Positions 58,623 through 64,000 of a stretch of 64,000 nucleotides of DNA are shown in pieces (the stretch's first letter is position 1; each line of letters begins with the position of its first letter). Position numbers and translations under genes: made by a program. The notes under the pieces are model-generated. The model ran no database searches and was not told the DNA's origin. It saw nothing but the letters and a program-made list of their open reading frames with translations. Source of the stretch: Dehalococcoidia bacterium. Its GTDB lineage: Bacteria; Chloroflexota; Dehalococcoidia; Bin125. Location of the stretch: the NCBI GenBank assembly GCA_965203995.1, contig OZ241962.1, forward strand, positions 1,290,311-1,354,310, given 5' to 3'.

Positions 58623-59395
58623 GGCGTGCCCTCGGCGTTGTAGTAGTACAGCTCGCGCAGGCCCCACAGAATCAAGTCCTCGTCGACCACGTCGAGAATC
58701 TGCGTCTCTTCCGCGATCCGCGGAGCCCAGCCGCCGGTCGCCACGACCCTGGCGTCGCCGAGCTCCTGCCGGAAGCGCGCGATGATCCCCTCCACCAGTC
58801 CCACGTAGCCGAACAGGATCCCGCTCTGCAGTGCCGTCTCCGTGCGCGTGCCGATCGCAGTCGGCGGCCGCTCCAGGTCGATCCGCGCCAGCCGGCTGGC
58901 GCGGTCGAACAGCGCGTCCGTGGAAATGCCGATGCCCGGCGAGATCGCCCCGCCGACATAGATGCCGTGCTCGTTGATCGCGTCGAACACCGTGGCCGTG
59001 CCGAAGTCCACCACGATCAGCGGCGGCGGTCCGTAGCGCGAGACCGCCGCTACGGCGTCGACGATTCGGTCGGCGCCCAACTCCTCGGTGTGTTCGATCG
59101 CCACCCGCACCGGCTTGCGCATGTGCGGCGAGACCAGCAGCGGTTCCGTGCGCAGGAATCGGCGGCAGACCTCCTGAAAGACCGGCGCCAGCGCCGGCAC
59201 CACCGAGGAGATGATCGCGCCATCGATGTGTTCGATGCGGATGCCCTCGTAGCGCAGCAGCGAGGCGACGAAGATGCCGTACTCGTCGGACAATCGATCG
59301 TGGTGGGTCGCCAGCCGCCAAGTATGGACAATTTTACGATCGTTAAACACGCCGATCTGGAGCGTGGTGTTGCCAATGTCAATCGCGATCAGCAC
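58619..59395 (-). CDS. coaX: Type III pantothenate kinase CoaX
   Basis: N-terminus MLIAIDIGNTTLQIGVF and the downstream motif VVDFGTATVFDAI. Length 258 aa. Overlaps coaBC by 4 nt. Confidence 0.9.
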   Translation of the reverse strand: MLIAIDIGNTTLQIGVFNDRKIVHTWRLATHHDRLSDEYGIFVASLLRYEGIRIEHIDGAIISSVVPALAPVFQEVCRRFLRTEPLLVSPHMRKPVRVAIEHTEELGADRIVDAVAAVSRYGPPPLIVVDFGTATVFDAINEHGIYVGGAISPGIGISTDALFDRASRLARIDLERPPTAIGTRTETALQSGILFGYVGLVEGIIARFRQELGDARVVATGGWAPRIAEETQILDVVDEDLILWGLRELYYYNAEGTP

Positions 59396-59787
59396 GTGTC
59401 GCCGCCCTCACCGACCGTTCGCGCGCCCCGGCGCGCCGCAGCGCGTGCGCAACCGAGACGCATGTCAGCTCCGTAATCCCGTGCATTCTAGGCGCCCGCC
59501 TGCGCCAGGCCCCAACTCGTCGACCCGCAACGGTCGGCGTCCTCGATCAGACGATCTCGGCAACAGTCAAGCGTTGCCGCTGGCCCGCGTGGACGGATTG
59601 GGGAACATGTGGATTGTCTATCTGGTACGCGGTCGGTTCGCGGTGATTTCCTGGCGGGCTGTTGTCACTCAAGGCGGCGGTTAGTATGTTCCCTCAAGCG
59701 ACCCTTCCGACAGCGGCGTTCCTGGTCGTTCCCCGCTAGAGCGCGCGTCCCGAGTGTGGCGCGTTGCCATAAGGAGACTCGAACGGC

Positions 59788-61191
59788 ATGGTCACCCGAT
59801 CCGCTCGCTCCTTCAACGATCCCCACTCCGATCCGCGCGCGATCTGGCAGCGAGCGCTGGAACTGCTTCGCAACTCCCTGGGCCGCGACACGTTCGAGAC
59901 CTGGTTCTCGGAAACACATGCCATCGAGATCCGCGGCGGCGTCCTGCATGTCGGCGTCCCCACCGTGTTCAAGCTCGAGACCTTGCGCGGCAGCTACTAC
60001 CCACACCTCGCCTCCGCCGTCCGCGACGCCGCCGGACGCAGCATGGAGATTGAACTGCGCGTCGCTCCCCGCCCGGAGCCGGTCACACCGGCGCTGAACC
60101 TGCCCGCCGCTCCTGCCGAAGAGGCCGAACGCGGCCAGCCGATCCAGCCCGCCCGTAGCCGGCCCTCGGTCCTCGCCCAGGCGACCTTCGACCGCTTCGT
60201 CGAGGGCGCCTCCAACCAGATCGCCGTGACCGCCGCTCGGCGCGTCGCCTTTCACCCGGGCGAGGACACCAATCCCCTCTTCATCTACGCCAACTCCGGG
60301 CTGGGCAAGACCCACCTGCTGCACGCCATCGCCCATGTCACGATGCAGCGCCACTATACGGTCCTGGTCGACACCGAGTCCTACGTGCGCCAGTTCGTCA
60401 ATAGCGTCGGCGCCGGCGAGCGCGCCGCTTTCCAGGAGAAGTACGAGTCGGCCGAAGTCCTGATCGTCGACGACGTGCAGAAGCTGGGCGGCAAGGTCCA
60501 GACCCAGGACGAGTTCTACAACGTCTTCAACGCCCTGCATCAGCGCGACCGGCAGATCGTGATCGCCTCGGACATGCCGCCGCGCCTGCTCACCGGCCTC
60601 GGCGAGCGCCTGGTTACCCGCTTCGAGGGCGGCCTCGTCGTCGAGATCAATCCGCCCGACCTCGAACTCCGCATCGCCATCCTGCAGCGCACGCTGGACA
60701 ACTGGAAGATGCAGATCGACGACGGCACGCTGCTGATGATCGCCGAGCGCGGCGGCACGAACGTCCGCGCGCTGCTCGGCGCGCTCCAGCGCGTGCGCAT
60801 GTACTCCGAGATGGACCGCTCCCCGCCCACACCGGCGATCGTGATGAAAGCCCTCGCGGGACACGCCCCCGACGAGATGCGTAAGGCCAAGCCGACCGTC
60901 GCCGAACTGATCGCCGCCGCGGCCGACCTCACCGGCGTCGCCCCCGAGCTCTTCACCTCACCGCGCAAGGATCGCCGCACCGCCCGCGCACGCCAGATCG
61001 TCATGTACCTCGCCTGCCGCCACACCGACCTCTCGCTGCACGCCATCGGCGAAGCGCTCGGCGGCCGCGACCACTCGACCGTGCTCCACGGCCGCGACAA
61101 GGTCGAGAGCATGCTCGCCCAGTCGGGCGACGCAGAATCCCAGTGGTGGCTCCAGCAGATCTCCGAGATCCGCTCCCGCTTGCACCTCTAG
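59788..61191 (+). CDS. dnaA: Chromosomal replication initiator DnaA
   Basis: Domains I-II, AAA+ NPLFIYANSGLGKTHLLHAIAH, Walker B VLIVDDVQ, and the C-terminal DNA-binding domain ARQIVMYLACRHTDLSLHAIGEALGGRDHSTVLH. Confidence 0.95.
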   Translation: MVTRSARSFNDPHSDPRAIWQRALELLRNSLGRDTFETWFSETHAIEIRGGVLHVGVPTVFKLETLRGSYYPHLASAVRDAAGRSMEIELRVAPRPEPVTPALNLPAAPAEEAERGQPIQPARSRPSVLAQATFDRFVEGASNQIAVTAARRVAFHPGEDTNPLFIYANSGLGKTHLLHAIAHVTMQRHYTVLVDTESYVRQFVNSVGAGERAAFQEKYESAEVLIVDDVQKLGGKVQTQDEFYNVFNALHQRDRQIVIASDMPPRLLTGLGERLVTRFEGGLVVEINPPDLELRIAILQRTLDNWKMQIDDGTLLMIAERGGTNVRALLGALQRVRMYSEMDRSPPTPAIVMKALAGHAPDEMRKAKPTVAELIAAAADLTGVAPELFTSPRKDRRTARARQIVMYLACRHTDLSLHAIGEALGGRDHSTVLHGRDKVESMLAQSGDAESQWWLQQISEIRSRLHL

Positions 61192-61450
61192 GCCGAAACT
61201 CACCGCCGAACCACCCGCCGCTCGCACCGTGTCGTCTGGCGCGCGCTTCGTCCACGTCCCGTCCACCAACCGTCCAGCCGCACGGCCCGCCCCTCCACGA
61301 ACGACCAACGACCGCATATCGCGGATCACGCGCCGGCGTTCGCGCTTGACGGTTTCTTCCCCAACACCCAGACGACAGACAACGACGTCAGCAGATATCC
61401 CATAGCTGAGATCCATACCCAATTCCTTGATCCGGAGCACGCGCCGAACG

Positions 61451-61459
61451 TGTGGATAA
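61451..61459. promoter_or_regulatory. Perfect consensus DnaA box TGTGGATAA (TTATCCACA on the other strand) in the dnaA-obg spacer
   Basis: Exact 9-mer, 10 nt upstream of the obg start. An AT-richer stretch (cagatatcccatagctgagatccatacccaattcc) sits just upstream. Confidence 0.55.
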
Positions 61460-63387
<1,928 letters not shown>

Positions 63388-63394
63388 GCTCGCC

Positions 63395-64000
63395 TTATCC
63401 CCGACCGGTGTTCTCGGGCGTGTAGTGCTCCTTGCGCACCAGCACCGTCAACCTCGGACCGGGCGGGAACAGGAACGGACGCAGGGGCAACGTCTGCACC
63501 CAGGCGAAGCCGGCGTCGTAGGCGAGCTGGCCAAGTTGCGCGAACGTGCGCAGCACCGGCTCTCGGCCGTTGCGGCGCAGGGCCAGCGACCAGCCCGCGT
63601 TGACCGCGTCCGATCTCGAGGCCGCAATCTCCCACATCACCGCCACGCCGTTGTGCGCCAGCACCCGCCAGATTTCCTCCAGCACGCGCAAGGCATAGGC
63701 GTCGTCCCAGCCGCGCAGTTGATGCGGCAGGACCGCGAAGTCGACGCTGCCCTCGTCCAACGGCAGGCGATGGGCCTCCGCCCGAACGGCGTCCACGCCG
63801 GGCGCCGGCGCCGGCGGCCGTGCGTCGGTCAGGGCGGCAAGCGGGACCGTCTCCAGGTCGGCCGTATCGGCGATCAGCGCCGCCAGACCGGGCGCGTCGG
63901 GGCCCAGCACCAGCAGCCGCTCGACCGGCGCCATCGCTGTCAGCGCGACGAGCTGCGCCGCCGGCGAATCCTCCAGCGCCAGGCGTGGCTGCCCGCGCCA
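63395..64000 (-). CDS. Class I SAM-dependent methyltransferase-like protein (N-terminus probably beyond the window)
   Basis: VDFAVLPHQLRGWDDAYALRVLEEIWRVLAHNGVAVMW resembles the motif II/III region of Methyltransf_11-type enzymes. Confidence 0.45.
   Translation of the reverse strand, partial: WRGQPRLALEDSPAAQLVALTAMAPVERLLVLGPDAPGLAALIADTADLETVPLAALTDARPPAPAPGVDAVRAEAHRLPLDEGSVDFAVLPHQLRGWDDAYALRVLEEIWRVLAHNGVAVMWEIAASRSDAVNAGWSLALRRNGREPVLRTFAQLGQLAYDAGFAWVQTLPLRPFLFPPGPRLTVLVRKEHYTPENTGRG

Noticed and set aside
57363-59321. 652-aa version of coaBC from the ORF track
   Set aside because: The N-terminal about 233 aa are Gly/Arg/Ala low-complexity with no motif, and they overlap coaX, which is conserved in another frame. 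A GTG immediately upstream of the flavoprotein motif gives a normal CoaBC of about 420 aa with the classic 4-nt coaX-coaBC overlap.

Overview
This is a roughly 70% GC bacterial chromosomal segment, densely coding, mostly on the minus strand, and dominated by housekeeping genes. Annotated core genes include a MoxR/DUF58 module, the hrcA-grpE-dnaK-dnaJ-prmA heat-shock operon with a perfect CIRCE operator, rsmE, rho, transaldolase, pyrG, purA, a dapA/asd/dapB lysine-pathway block, rpsO-pnp, pepA, coaBC-coaX, dnaA, obg and nadD. The operon architecture resembles Firmicutes or Chloroflexi (Thermomicrobia-like); this is inference only. I found no rRNA, tRNA, CRISPR array, transposase or integrase.

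The accessory-looking content falls into four blocks. The first is an acyl-CoA-type catabolic island at about 21.9-29.8 kb. It holds two tandem CitE/HpcH-like lyase paralogs, three tandem acyl-CoA-dehydrogenase-fold flavin-monooxygenase-like paralogs with a retropepsin-like aspartic protease gene embedded among them, a genuine acyl-CoA dehydrogenase, and a MaoC dehydratase. A 10-bp-phased ATCTGACC direct-repeat array lies in its divergent promoter region. The second block is a DUF402 gene paired with an orphan Dam-like methyltransferase. The third is a membrane cytochrome c gene followed by three tandem paralogs of an uncharacterised protein of about 255 aa, apparently two NTF2-like domains each. 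The third paralog starts on a GTG that the ORF track hides inside a longer overlapping ORF. The fourth is a peptide-type ABC importer with no ATPase genes in the locus, whose binding protein carries a CAG/CTG-encoded poly-Gln tract.

Other unusual points: a MoaD/ThiS-like protein with a SARL extension after its Gly-Gly, translationally coupled to pyrG. A catalytically dead beta-ketoacyl synthase homolog. A Cys-less TlpA-like thioredoxin-fold protein. A ferredoxin-thioredoxin-reductase-like CPC...CxC protein. A PNPase with an Arg/Pro/Glu-rich C-terminal tail of about 185 aa. An AT-rich noncoding island downstream of pyrG with phased direct repeats. dnaA is not followed by dnaN.

About the coordinates: many long antisense or alternate-frame ORFs in the track are GC-driven artefacts and are rejected. 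Coordinates of small motifs that I counted by hand may be off by 1-2 nt.
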